Shown one piece after another: positions 1 through 13,900 of a stretch of DNA of 64,000 nucleotides. Position 1 is the first letter of the stretch. Every line of letters starts with the position of its first letter. The DNA is from Rhina ancylostomus (taxonomy: Eukaryota). The stretch is taken from contig JARFYF010000118.1 of assembly GCA_030265395.1 (NCBI GenBank), positions 24,277,824 to 24,341,823 on the forward strand, written 5' to 3'. The position numbers and the translations under genes were made by a program. The notes under the pieces are model-generated. The model searched no databases. It was given only the letters and a program-made list of their open reading frames with translations, and had not been told where the DNA came from.

Positions 1-305
1 TGATGACATAAAGGTTGGTGGTGTTGTGGATAGTGTAGAAGGTTGCTGCAGATTACAATGGGATGGAGAGCTGGGCTGAGAAGTGGCAGATGGAGTCCAA
101 CATGGAAAAGTGTGAAGTGATACACTTTGAAAGATCAAATTTGAAGGTAAAATACAAGATTAATAGCAGGACTCAGCAGTGTGGAAGAACAGAAGGATCT
201 TGGGGTCCACATCCATCGATCCCTCAATGTTGCCGCACAGGTTAATAGGGTTGTTGAGAAGGTGTGTGGTGCGTTGGCCTTCATTAATTGGGGTATTGAG
301 TTCAA
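1..305 (+). mobile_element. CR1 LINE reverse transcriptase fragment
   Basis: Translates to DDIKVGGVVDSVEGCCRLQ..WAEKWQMESNMEKCEVIHF, typical of CR1 ORF2 after the catalytic DD. Confidence 0.85.
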
Positions 306-339
306 TTGAGGTCACATTGTTTGCATGTCTGACACTAGA

Positions 340-660
340 TGACAAAAACAACATCACAGCACAAGATCAGCAGGTGGACAGAAGAAACAGTTCAAGGTCA
401 TTCTCCAAGCCTCCTTGAAAATGTGTAACTTTCCCAACTGACTTTGGGAATCCCTGGCCAATGACCTCTCAAAATGGAGAAGGAGCATTCTGACTGACAT
501 TAAGAATCTAAAGTAGCCTCGGGAGCATACCGAAGCCCAGCACAGATGACAGAACATCCACACCACCTTCAAAACTATCAATTCACCCACCCAATCAAGT
601 ACCTCCTGCTCCATCCTGGCAGGGTCTGTGGATTCCATGTTTTCCCCGGCAGTCACATCA
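340..660 (+). mobile_element. RTE-clade LINE 3' fragment
   Basis: GGQKKQFKVILQASLKMCN..WESLANDLSKWRRSI resembles the RTE ORF C-terminus. Confidence 0.7.
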
Positions 661-937
661 GGAGAAACCACAGAAATGGAGCAGAAACATGTGATCTTCA
701 CCCCAAGGAACAGCCTGAGCAGAAGTACTTCACCATCCATCTCAAAGGATGACAGAATTAGTCTCAACATGAAAGTAATTTCCTCTGACAGACATGTAAT
801 TTTTTTTCATAAATTGTTTGCGATTTGAATCAACCCAAGGATATGTTCAAACGTGTCCCAAGAAGGAATACCCTGCAGCAAAAAGATTTTAAAAAACTGT
901 TTTATCTGTCAGGTTGGTATAATTTTAGTGTTGCATT

Positions 938-1173
938 TAACAGAGTCATTCAGCACACAAACTGGTCCTTCTGCCCTTCAAGTCCANNNNNNNNNNCATG
1001 CTAACCTAAAAACCCACATGGCTTTGGGATGTGGGAGGAAATTGGAGCACCCAGAGGAAATTCATGAAGGCACAGAGCGAATAAGCAACCTCCACACAGA
1101 CAGAACCAGAGGTCAGGATTGAACCCAGGTCACTGGAGCTATGAAGCAGCTGCTCTACTGGCACTGTCACTGT
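938..1173 (-). mobile_element. V-SINE (HE1-like, tRNA-derived)
   Basis: Reverse strand shows a tRNA-like head with B-box (gggttcaatcc), the V-domain (ctctgggtgctccaatttcctcccacatccc) and a CR1-type tail. Confidence 0.8.
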
Positions 1174-1344
1174 GATGATCTTAGTTGCAGAATTCAACTG
1201 AATCAGGAAGGGTACCTACTGATCAGCATGGACGAATTGGGTAAATAAGATGGTTCTATGTCTTTTCTGCTCCTTATTTTAAGCAAGCTCAGTTGAGTGG
1301 GCACTAATTTTTTTACAATATGTGCACAACTGCTTTGGCCAACT

Positions 1345-2030
1345 TTTATTGCCCATGCCCAAATGCCCATGAGGTGAGTTACTTTCTTAAACTGCGGCAG
1401 CCCTTTAGATGAAAGGACTCTCCACAATTCTGTTGCAGTATGAGTTCCAAGATTTAGATGCTGCAATCATCAATGAACAACAGTGCCCTCCCAAGTCAAA
1501 TGTCACACAGCTTGGATGAAAGCCTGAGGGTGGTGAATTTCCCATGCACCTGTTGCCCTTATTTCTTGATGCTGTAGGTCACAGGAGTGAGAGTAGCCCA
1601 AGCTTGCAACTGCAGTGCATTTTGTTATGGTAAACACTGCAATCACTCTCTTCTACTGCTGGAGGGACCCAATGTTTAGGATGGTGGATGGGGNNNNNNN
1701 NNNNNNNNNNNNNNNNNNNNNNNNNNNNNNNNNNNNNNNNNNNNNNNNNNNNNNNNNNNNNNNNNNNNNNNNNNNNNNNNNNNNNNNNNNNNNGGATGGG
1801 GTGCCAATCAAATGAGTTGGTTTGCTTACAATGGTGTTAAGTTTCTTTGAGCCACGTTCATCCAGGCAAGAAGACAATCAGTCTCCTTACTTATCCTTGT
1901 GGATGGCTTTGGAGTGTGAGGAGGTGAGTTGCTGGCCAATATTGTCCCAGAATGTTGATGGTGGGGTCACAGCAATGCTAATGTCATTGAATAAACAAGT
2001 CCTCATTATGCGTGAGATCGGGGCATGAAT
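1345..2030 (-). mobile_element. Decayed CR1-like LINE 3' portion
   Basis: Begins with the tttattgccca.. end motif that recurs at ~38396; degenerate and spans an N-gap. Confidence 0.45.
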
Positions 2031-4311
2031 TTTCCATGGATAGCAAAAGATGTGGATATCACTATAGTTCTCCACTTTGTAGCTAATGCACCCCCCCCTC
2101 CCCCAATAAACGTATACCCTATAATGTTCTAAGAGTATTAACACACTTTAATAAACATCAATAAACACATCAAAATGTTTAAATCTCTAAAAGGAAATGA
2201 CATTGTTGATCATCTACTTCCATTGAATGTATTGAAACTTATAAGCAGTGATAGGTTTTAAAATCACAAGTGCAGCTATGTAAATAAAGACCACTAATTA
2301 TTAGAACATTGCACTGCAGAGAGCTACTTGATGCATGTGAGCCGGACACTCAGAATCATATTTGACAGACATGCATTAAATTTATTTGTTTGAAAAAAAT
2401 CAAAATGGTGCCTGAGGCTGACCTTACAAGTACACAGATCCAGGGCTAGCATATCAATGGATAACAAGGACTGTATGTATTAAGATTAGCTGGTTAGGCA
2501 CACTTTGTTGGAGAAGGTCATTACTTTGCACCTTTCTGGCCACTTATGTCCAAATGTTGCTTAGGTCTTACTGCTTGCAAGCATGGACTGCCAAACTTTG
2601 CAGAGCTGGAAGTGCTGCAAGGATCCCAAATTAAACAATAATGTGATGGCAGCAACATACAATAGAATTTTATGAATTGTCACATCAGCAATGGAGACGT
2701 TGTCAGAAGTGCATGTCAGAAATTAGAGCATAGTATTAGAGTGGCTAGCATGGACATGGTGGGCCTAAGGGCCTATTTCTAAGCTGTATGACTCTTTGAC
2801 TGACTGGCTTGAAAATGATGACCATGGTAAGCATTATGCACTTCCAAGGAGTAGCACATTGCACCGGTAGAGCAAATGGTGGAAATGCCATGTGAGTTTG
2901 AAACCGCTTGACTTATTGCAAGATTGTTTTTCAAATTACTGATCCCGCTTAGAATGGAAAATGTAAATGTCATATTCGTGCTTTAGAGAAAGAGCATTTG
3001 CAGAACTTGAAGTGAACATTGAAATTATATGACTAATTGTGCTACATCATTTGTCAATNNNNNNNNNNNNNNNCTGAGTCTAATAGTTGTAAGACCTAGT
3101 CCACCCCAGAGACCTAAGAGCTGATATTCTGGCATGGTTCAGAAGGAGTGCTACAACAACATTATTTTGGATGATCCACAAATTCCTTCTCCAGTATATT
3201 CAAATATCACTTCCCCACAAGCTCTGGAAGAAACTGGCATGGCACCACTGCTCAGCGCCATCTTATTACATATTTTTACAGGTTCTTTCATTCCCAACCT
3301 AATATGAGAGTTTCCATCTTTATAAGGGTTAAAATCATTCCACAAAAAATGGAAGCCTAATTATTGGCTCAATAGCAATGACAATGCAATCAGTTGGCAG
3401 AAATCAACAAGGGAACTGCTAATAGTCTTCACAATGCTTGACCAATTTCTGTCATGTAGCAGCATAGCAAGCCCAGTGATGACACGATCACAATAATAGA
3501 GGAAGCAACACTTTTAGTATCTGTCTGTGTGCTGGGTAAATGAGTACTGTTGTTTCTCCCTCTCTCCCTCTCCCTCTCTCTTTCTTATGCATGCTTACAT
3601 TAAAATCCACATTTTATAGTCCTGTCCATTAACTCAATTTATTGATATCCCTTTGTAATTTAATTTAATACTTCTATTTACGCTGCTTATCGTTGTGTTA
3701 TTGGCAAGCCTGGAGCACATGGCTTCCTATCCCATCATCTAGGTCATTTCTAAAAACAGCAAAGGGAAAATAAAAGAGAAACAGGAGAAAGATGAAAGCT
3801 GGGTCTTAGCTAGGGAATTCCTAAGGGAAAAAATAAGCTTGATGAGCCAGTGTTGTTAAAGAGGTAGCTGTACAAATAACCTAATCCAAGTGTGAAGAAC
3901 TCTGTAAACTCTTCACTCTTATTATAATATATGCAGAAGCAAAATTGCATACACTTACATATGCATACAGACATACATACATAGCTCTAAATATACAAAT
4001 ACATGCAGATAGTTCAGTAGTCTTAAAAGTCACAATATAAGTGCAAAGTATCCATTTTTGAGGAAATATATTGCATTTAACTAACAAAAACACACACCCA
4101 ATATGTATTTCTGTTTATTTGTACTTAACACAACATCGTGATACTATGGTCATATTTTTGAAGCAAATCATAATTTTATGTATTTGGACATAAAAGATCC
4201 GAATGTCCAAATGCACACTGTCTGACAGAGATTGTGGGAGGAAGGTGCATTCAGTATCCGTTGTACATATTTGATAATCAAAACTGCGTAATGAAGGTGT
4301 GCATTTTTTAA

Positions 4312-4502
4312 TCAAGAACACAGGGAAATAGGAGTAGAACAACTGACCCTTCAAGCCTGCCCACCATGGTTGATCTGTGCAGGCTTCATAGCCCTGAATT
4401 CCACCGTCTTTCAAAAATTTATCTACTGCCCCTTTAAGTACCTCCAGTGATTTAGCCTCCAGAACCCTCAAAGGGAGAGAATTCCAGAGGGTCATTACCA
4501 TG
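4312..4502 (-). mobile_element. CR1 LINE 3' end
   Basis: ORF 4115..4501 begins LWNSLPLRVLEAKSLEVLKGAVDKFL, the CR1 C-terminal motif. Confidence 0.8.
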
Positions 4503-7500
4503 TGTGATATTCGGTGCTGACTTGCTAACCTGTCTGAGATGCCTCTGCACCGTAATGTCTAATTATTCGTTGAATCAAGTTCTAAAACAGTACACCACCT
4601 CCCCTCCCAGATGCTGCTGTAAAGTGAAAATGGCTGCTCAGAAAATGTCTAACATTAATCTACTTCAACTAATAAAATGAAACTTTAGTGAAGTGACTGC
4701 TGAGGTCCTTCAATTCATTGCTCCCTAGATTGTAGAACAAAAGGGGATTTGCAGATCATCATGGAGAATTAATTCAGCTTGCTCAGACTTGCAAAGAAAT
4801 AGCCTTCTATCTCAGGATCCACTAATGTTCAACTAGTAGTTGCGTGCTTATCGTGAGAGCCCAGTCATTTTATTTTACTTATGAGACTCCAGTGAAACAC
4901 TCACATTAAATGTTAAAATAATGCTGATTATTACTTTACACTGAATGAAAGTAAGATAATTGGGCTAGTGTACATTTTGTCACTCTTTTTAAAAACAAGC
5001 CCTACACTCAGAGAGTATTGACTCTTGTCTAATATTTATCAGGGCCTCACAAAACTTCCTTCTTATTCTTGCACAGCTCTCAGATATAGTTTTGGTTTGA
5101 GCCTTTTACCCTGTCAATGTCTTCCAACTTGTCAAGTGAGATGATTGAATAGATTGAGCATATCTTTAAATGGGGCTTTTTCTTTATGTCTCATCTTGCA
5201 AATACATGGAGAAGGTGATAGTTCTGAGTAATTACTATTTTCAGGTGGTCTTTTATGACTGTTCCCTTGATGAAATAACGTTTTGCTATTTTGCTTAGCC
5301 TCATTTGTAATTGTTGTCTAGGACTGCACTTCTCTCTTGGCACTCTTAAAATATTTCTTGATTTGCTTATATTTATATCGATGCATTCCTTCATCTTCCT
5401 GTAGAATTTATAAAATCATTTTTTGTTTAGATGTTTTACTTATAATTTGTTAAACATTTGGGTTAAAATTTTCTTATTATCAGATCGTTGGTCATGGTAT
5501 ATTATTTCTTTTGAAGAATTAGCATTATACATTTAAAGATATTTCAGTTGTCTTCCACTGAAATGGTGTTGCCATCTTCTTCAAATCTATTGTTCTAGTT
5601 TGCTTTATATCTAGCCTCTTAAATTTATGTGTCTGGGGCCTTGTCTTGAATGCCTTTTATTCCCATGATCTGTTAAACATTTTCATTGTTTGATCACTGT
5701 TCCTTAGTGTGTTATATTTAATAAAGTAGTAAACCCAGTAAATTTCCTTGTTTAAAAGAATGGAAAAATGAATTCCAAGTGAAGCCATCATAGTATAATC
5801 AATTTCAAACAATGCAATGTTAACACACACTGAAGGAATTAATCAAGAAGATGGCTGACCAGCAGCTTTTAAGAGAAACTAGAGACAAACAACGAGTGCC
5901 AATCTTGATGGTAACATCAACATCCAGAAAATGGACAAACTTAGAAATAGACATAGCTGGTGATGCATAGAAGAAATGCTGGCAGAAGCCAGTGCAAAGT
6001 CTGGCAGAAACAAAACAGTGGGCAGCAAAGACGGAGTAGGGATTTGGACTTCTGTTCTACCTCATTCTTAGTAACTGCAGTACTAAAGTTGAACAATGCC
6101 TTTGGGCTCAGGTAGTGAGGACTCAATAGAGGATAAAAAGTAATTTGAGAAGGAATCTGGTCAAGCAAATTAAATTCATACTCTCTTTATAAGTTTTCTT
6201 GAGGTTTTTCTGACCTCCATCTATCCTGTCCACACTTACTGCCAGTCAGTTAGCTCTCTATAGGTTGGAAGGTGCAAGATCTGATTGCTGAGTCAACAAA
6301 CTACTTGTCACAAAGCAGACCACTTGCTCCAGCATTGGGCAGGAATCCCCTGGCCTTTGCCTCATTAGGCAATCTCCAATGTAAGAATCCAGGCTCCGAT
6401 GAGATTTTTCAGCACATCTGCACTGCTGAGTGACTTGAAGCCTCTAAATGAATGAAATCCCAGGTACAAACAGGCTTATTCCGGGACAGGGATGGTAGGA
6501 GATGGGGGAAAATGCTTTTAATTATGTACTTTATTTTATGGTTCCTATCATAGAGATTGATACCCAATATTTTTCCACCTACAAAGCATGCGATGTATAT
6601 GTTTATTCAGTAAGTGAAATAATCATTGTCCTCTAACCTGACCTTGGCTTTTTCTGGTGCCCTATCTGTCAGTTGTGGACTAGAGACTGCCTAACCCAAG
6701 AGCAGCATTCCAGGAGGGAAAGAAGGTGAATGTGAACAGAGATCTGGCCTTTTTAGCTGAAACCCCATCCACTTTTTTGAACCCTTGAGTAATACACAAG
6801 TCATACCTTAAGACCACAGACTGACAATAACACCAACCATTTTGTACCAGTGTCCTGTAATCTTTTATTCCTATTCATGCCTAGTATGTAGGCATCAAGT
6901 AGAGATCTCACATTTAGCCACAGAGAACCAGCAATTGACAGGAGCACTGGGACATCTAATGTCATATGTCAGGATGGGATCAGGATTCCTGCAGTGTGGA
7001 ACTGACCAAGATTATAAAAGATTTTGGTTGGTCCCTGGTCATTAATCATCAATGAACTAGCTGCCACTGCTGCTTGAAAAATGCATGTATTAACAAAATA
7101 CTATGAGCAAGTTATATCTTGCTTTTATTATAATATTGAGCATAATGATATCAGATGCTTTGATAAATGTTCAGCAGGCCCCTCTTTCTTTAACTGTTCC
7201 TCACAATGAACAACAGATATACGTTGTCAGGGTTCAATTATATCCTAGTGTAAATGTTCAAGTGACACTAAAAGGCTGGTCAACTTACTTGTTGTTGCTT
7301 GAAATACAATATGATTCAGTTTATTAAGTCATGTTTATGTCAGATTATGTTGACTTTCAACATGGAATAAATACAACTTTTTCCCGTTGAAATGACAAAC
7401 ATGAACAGGTTGGTAGTACCATGATTCACCTTTTTGTTCTTCCTACACTTAAAAAAAAGTTTCTTGTGAGGGTACCTTTTTAATGCTGATATTACCAGCA

Positions 7501-7805
7501 TGCTTGATGGCAAGTCACATGACCATGTCACCAGTGTGGCATGAGATTCGTTGGCGGGAGAGGCTGCCAATCTCCCAAATTCCATCAGGAGATCAGCAAG
7601 ATCGGCAATATTCAGAGTGTAAGTATCTGAGTACCTAGAATCAAATCCTGGGCTTCAGTATGCTAGTTTCTGGCTTGCCTAAATTGTTCAATGACTAATT
7701 CTACCTCAATTTATATCAAGGCCTGATGACTTCAATTATCAAGTAATTACAAAGTGGGCAAGAGCTTCATTTTAAAAAAAACATTTTTTTTGCATTTTAT
7801 TTCAG

Positions 7806-7921
7806 AAAACATATGAAGTCTATGAAGTCCACTATAAGATTGTCCTCATCATCAACTACCTGGGTCACTCTGTCTCTACTGGAGTCCTAATAATTGCTTT
7901 TGTACTCTTCCTCTGTTTAAG
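7806..7921 (+). CDS. CRHR2: CRHR2-like exon, stalk/TM1: [38 protein letters not shown](R)
   Basis: Acceptor ttttatttcag, donor ag|gtatgt; 116 bp, phase 0 to 2; [13 protein letters not shown] motif. Confidence 0.93.
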
Positions 7922-10900
7922 GTATGTAACATTCACTGTGAACCTAACATTATTTTATTTGGTAACTAACAAAGTATGCTGGAATTTTGCCACTGGCCAA
8001 TCACCCTGATTTGACTGACTCAAAACATCATTGGAACATAGAACACAAATGTGCAAATTCAACTCATTCAGCATGTCTTGCTTTTTATTGTCTACTGTAA
8101 AATTCTCCCTTGCTTTCGCTGCATACATTAATGTTTTCATTTCTCATTCATAACCACCACTCCTCTAAGCAACTCAANNNNNNNNNNNNNNNNNNNNNNN
8201 NNNNNNNNNNNNNNNNNNNNNNNNNNNNNNNNNNNNNNNNNNNNNNNNNNNNNNNNNNNNNNNNNNNNNNNNNNNNNTCTAAGCAACTCAATTGATTCTG
8301 TATCCAAAGTTTTCTATGTTATTGCAAACCATATAACTCTGTGTGAAGATTGTCTTCTGGATTTATTTGTAACCGACTTAGTTGAACATATCAACCTTTG
8401 TTCCTTTATTCTTTATAACTCTACTGGAGAAAATAATCAACTTCTACTGAACTTGTCACTTAACTAATTCTGCAAAGATGTCCTTCTGAGACCTGGAAGA
8501 GGGTTTTCCGCACATTGGACAGAAGGAATCTCTTGTGTGATGGTAGCCATAAGCCTCATCCATGGTGATTAAGTGTACTCCTGCATCGTTTCATTCATGC
8601 ATTTTCTATTCTTGAGGGAAATGAGTTGCTGTGCAGTTATGAAATCTGACATTTCTAAATTGGTGTTATTCAGATACTAGCTGCATTCACGTGGCAAACT
8701 GAACCAAAGAACCTACTGAGAGAGACTGAACTGTTTCAACAAAGTGTTCACTGTGTAGTTGGACACAAACACGTAACTTCATGAATGTTGTCCTTCACTA
8801 TCATTACCCCAAACCCAAATGAGATGGATTCTTCTCTCATATTAACCCCAATGCAATTACAATCTGCACCATTACAATCTCTTTCTTATAATGTCCAGAA
8901 TGCCATTACAGCAGACACCTTTGGTGAAGACAGGTGTTAGCAATATAAGTAACCACTGCGGTGGTGTCCACTGCAATGTCATTGCTTTAAAGCAAATAAA
9001 TTGTGAAGGCTATTTTATTTAATTAGAAAAGCAAAAAGCTGCTGATGCTGGAAATCCAAAATATAAACACAAAGTGCTGGAGATACTTGGCAGCTCAGGC
9101 AGCATCTGTAGAGAGAGAAGTAGACTTAAAATTTCAGGTTGATAACGTGAATATACAAATTAGGAGCACCAGCCGGCCACTTGGCCCCTCAAATCTGCCA
9201 TCCAATAACATCATAGATTGTAATCTCAACTCCCACATTCCCATTCACCCATGATAGTTTTCACCCCTTCACCTATCAATGATCTATCTAGGAGACACAG
9301 AGGATCCACCTATCTCTGCCTTAATAATATTCAATAACTATGCTTCAACTGTTCTTTGAAGAAAAGTTCCAAAGACTCAAGCCAACCTAGAGAAAACAAT
9401 CTGCCTCCGTTTTATCTCCATTTTAAATATCCAAGCCATCACTATTAAATAGTGATTCCTATTATGGATTCTCTTAAGTGAAACCATCTTCCCTACATCA
9501 TCCTGTCAAAACCCTTCAGAATGTTATTTTTCAATCAAGTCACTCTACATATTTTCTGAACCTTAGCAGTCTGTCCAATATTTCCTCGGGACAACCTATC
9601 CATTCCATGTATTAGTCTAGTAAACCTTCTCTGAACTGATTCCAATGCATAAATGTCCTTGCTTGAATCAGGAAAACTAATATTGTCAGAGTACTCCAGA
9701 TGTTGTCCCATCAATGGTCCTTATATAATTGAAGTATATACTCCCTACTTTTGCATTCAGCTTCTCTGGCAATATACAATAGCGTTCTATTAGCTTTTGT
9801 AAGTACTTGTGGCGTCTGCTGTTGTAGCCTTTTGCAAATGATGCATTAGGAAACCCAGAAACCTCTACATCTCAGAGCTCCACAGTCTTTCATCTTTGTA
9901 TTTGTATTGCCATAATGGACAATGACACATTATCCCATGTTATTACATCATTTGCCATTCCATTGCCCTTTCACTTAGTCTATTCTTCAATCATTTGTAA
10001 CTTCCTCATGTCGTCTTCAGAACCTATTTTCATACCTTTTATTTTTGTCATTAGTAAACTTAGCACCCATGCCTTTGGTGCCTTTATCCAAGTCATTTTT
10101 ATAAATTGTAGAATGTTGAGGCCCCAGCAGTGATCCCTGTGGTACACCACTCATTACTTCTAGCCAAGCAGAAAAAGGACCCATCTATGATGCTCCTCTC
10201 TGCTTCATGTCAACCAGCCAACCTTCCATCTTCAGCAGTGTCTTATATTCTACACTATGAGCTTTTGTTTTAAGACATTTGGACAAAGTCCATCAAGACC
10301 TGGGAACTTGTCAACCCATAGCTCCAACAATTGCTGAGACTTTCCAGCATTTTCTGTTTTTATTTTATATTTGCAAATTGAAAATGGCCTGAGAACTTAA
10401 AAAACCTACCTCTCTGTGAGAGTTCACATCCAGTAGTTTAACTTACTATATCATCAATTTTATTTCCTTGAAGGTATAGTTTCCATTGTTTTGTAAACCT
10501 TTTTATAAATAACCATGCCTAGCCTTTACACCACATGTTTGAGGAAGCCTAGTACAATTTTAATTGATCAGTCTTTCTTTGTGTTGGCTGGAACAGGAGT
10601 ATTAGATGCCTTCGGAATATCATTCATTGGAATTTAATAACCACTTTCATTTTGAGGAATATTCTATGGTTCCTGATGCAAATGATTGATGAAGATATAC
10701 ATGAGAGAAATGAGGTAAGCTCTTGCAACATAGCTCAGATTGGTAAATGCCTGGCTAATGTGTAACTGGGTATTACAGGTTAGAATCTCTTTTGGCCCAT
10801 TGCTGTTCTGTACTGAGTTAGCAGATGGCAGCAAGGGTCACCAGTACAAATACCACAATTGTCCTTGGATTAGAAAAGAGAAAGGGTGATCTCTCAGGAT

Positions 10901-13900
10901 CCATGTCCTGTTTTCCTAGAATATCTTAAAATGCTTCTCTAGGGATATAAGTCAATTTCACTATCTATTGAAGTACAGGCCTCTGCAGGCCTGGAGAACA
11001 CCAGCCTCAGTTCCCCATTATACGTTGAGTTATTCGGTCTCAACCAGGGTACAGTGGGTGCATGCCAATGGATTAACAACATCCACAGCTTATTTCCTGG
11101 GCTTTCACACCATGTGTGTGTCCCTGTGTGTAAAATGAATTGTTTAATCTATTTTTCAGCCCTGGTGCCGTCTTGTCACAACAATCTACAACTACTTTGT
11201 GGTGACTAATTTCTTCTGGATGTTTGTTGAGGGGTGCTATCTCCATACAGCTATAGTGATGACCTACTCCACAGACAAAATGCGCAAGTGGAAATTTCTG
11301 TTCATTGGATGGTGTAAGTAAGGGATCTTTTGATGGTCTGATTGAGACACATAGATATAGTTGATGTAAGATAAACATGCTGTACACAGGAGCATGCACA
11401 TGTATTGTGGGCCAGATTAGGATTAATCCAGTTTATTGTTTGTACTCAGGCCCTGTGTTTGTTCTACAGATGCACTTACTTATCCTGCAGGTGGGCCATG
11501 TGGAAGGTCTCCATTCCACTGCCTATCTATGAAAGGGCAACCAGGCCTCAGTCAGTGGATCCTGAGCCCCTGCTCCCAGCACATTCCTAATAAATGAACT
11601 TCGAGGGACATTTAACTCAGTTGAAATGGATTATAAGTATAATTAAAAGTATGATTTAAAAGGTTTTTTTGAAAATTGCATTTAGTTAAAACATTGCATT
11701 ACAGTTAATTAATTTAAAATGTACATATATCAAACCAAACAAATCTTAGCTCAATGCACATTTTCAATGAAGATTGGTGACCCTATTCAAATAAATGGTC
11801 ACATTGTAAATCAGCCAAAGCTGGTGTAAAGTTGAAGAGCCACTCAGCTCAGCACATTCTAGAGCTGCTGCTGGATTCACTGGGCAGCAAAGCAGGAGGT
11901 CAAGAGTGATGATATTTCACTCCCAGTGTGCACCATACTTGCATGATGCAGTGGCAGATTAGGGGAGCTGAAGATGCACTGAAAAGCGGAGGGTCTGTGT
12001 GATGTTTCTCTGTGGAAACATTGCCCACTGTGAAATATGATCCAGCACTGTATATTGCAAAGTTTGCTGATAACATGCAGTTCTAAAATGTCACACTTAG
12101 TTCCAGTCACACCTTCCATGTCATACGTTGTTGTTAACAACAATTAACAATCTATCCTCTGTTCAGTATGCTATGTACAAGAATGTGGTATCAATTTACA
12201 GCTGAGATTCATTCTGTCAAAAACTGCTTGCATTCAGTTGAACTCAGAGGTATTTTTCTTCCATAGGTATCCCTTGTCCCATCATTGTAGCCTGGGTTAT
12301 AGGCAAACTTTATTATGAAAATGAAGAGTAAGTACTATACCAAGAAGTCAAGGGGATGTATGTGTTTTATTTTATGTGTTTTTCTTTTAATGCACAAAGG
12401 AAAAACCCGATGTTCTATTAAAACTCTCTTTTCAGAGACATGGATATTCTAGTTTTCCCATGTCTTGCCAAGTCTTAAAACAAGAGCTGGCTGACCAAAG
12501 AGAGATGAAAAGGACAATTAAAGTGGTAATAGCAACAGTGCAGATTTCAATTTAATTAGTTCCTTTAACTGGAAAAATATTTTAAGGTAAAGTACCTTTG
12601 GAAAGAGAACTGCAAGAGACAAGAACACACTTGGGAAGGTTTCAAAAGAGCAAAGAGTGAAGCTGTGCAGAGAATGTGTGAATAAAAAATACTGCTCCAG
12701 AGGTTGTGTCATTGTGGATGAGGATGAAGTGATAGATGTTGGGATTTGTAAGGATTTAAGGCACAGATTCCATTGATGCAACATGGTTCTCCACTTGCCT
12801 ACTAGCCTCTGCTTTCACAAGAAAATGCTTATTAATGCCTTAAATATTATTTGGAAAGACATGGGTGGAAGGTAAAATACTGAAATCCCCTATCCTGAAG
12901 TCCTTCTGTATTTATCATCTAAGTTTAGAAACATAACTAACTCCCACAATAGAAGAAAGTCTTTGTACATCATCACTACTTCCTTAACTGGAACTATATA
13001 ATCTGATTGAAAATTACCCTTTGTCCTTCCAAGAGCTCTGTATTTCCTCTGCTTCCCACCTTAGCATTGCCACGTGCAGCAGAAACCCTGTTTATGCACA
13101 TAAATCTACTGATCTTCTGATAAACTTATGGATGTAGGATTTTGGCACAGGAGAAGGAAAATTGATAACAAAAATTTAGATAGATATCCATTTAACAGTA
13201 GGAAGGAATTATTGCTTGCTTGCTTGCAACTCACAGGTCTTTTATGTTCTAAAGTATTTTGAGGTATTTTTGAAATGTAAGCATAATTGAATGTAAGCAT
13301 TATTGTCGCATAGGCAAATATAGTGGTCACTTTATCCACCTAAAGATACTGTGGGTACCATTGAGGACAACCCATGCCCATAGACCCATAACTAGCAAGG
13401 AATCGGAGCCTTCAGAAAAGGTGAGGAGGGTGGTGAACAAAGCATTGAATGATTTCAGATTTTAGATTCCTCTCCTTTGATGGTACAGGTGAAGAAGTTA
13501 ATGAATCCTGTGTTAAAATGGCAATTATTCATCAATGACTTGTGAAAGAATGACACACTTACTTAGTTTCTCAAACGTCTAACATAACAAAAAGATTAAA
13601 CTGAGGCATGATTATTTTTGGTTTCAAATCAAATAGTCAACACCATCCAAACCTTACTAAGATGTTAAAGACGCTTCAAGAAATCTGATTGGGATGGGAT
13701 CTTTCCAGTAAGATAGACCAAATATTAGAAAAAGGAAACAAATTGAAGATGTGATTTGATACTGTTTATTAAACAAGTGACAATTGGTTCTTCCATTGAG
13801 TTTTTTCTTTCTTCTGCAGTTTTCTTCCAGCTGCTTATTCTTACTTCCATGATATAGCACCCAGCTTCTTCCCACGTAAACCCAGATAAAGACTNNNNNN

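Noticed and set aside
354-828. 138-aa minus-strand ORF and overlapping ORFs
   Set aside because: Antisense or off-frame reading of an RTE LINE remnant.
10720-10920. tRNA-SINE-like sequence just after the TM2 exon donor
   Set aside because: Too decayed to assign a family or function by eye.
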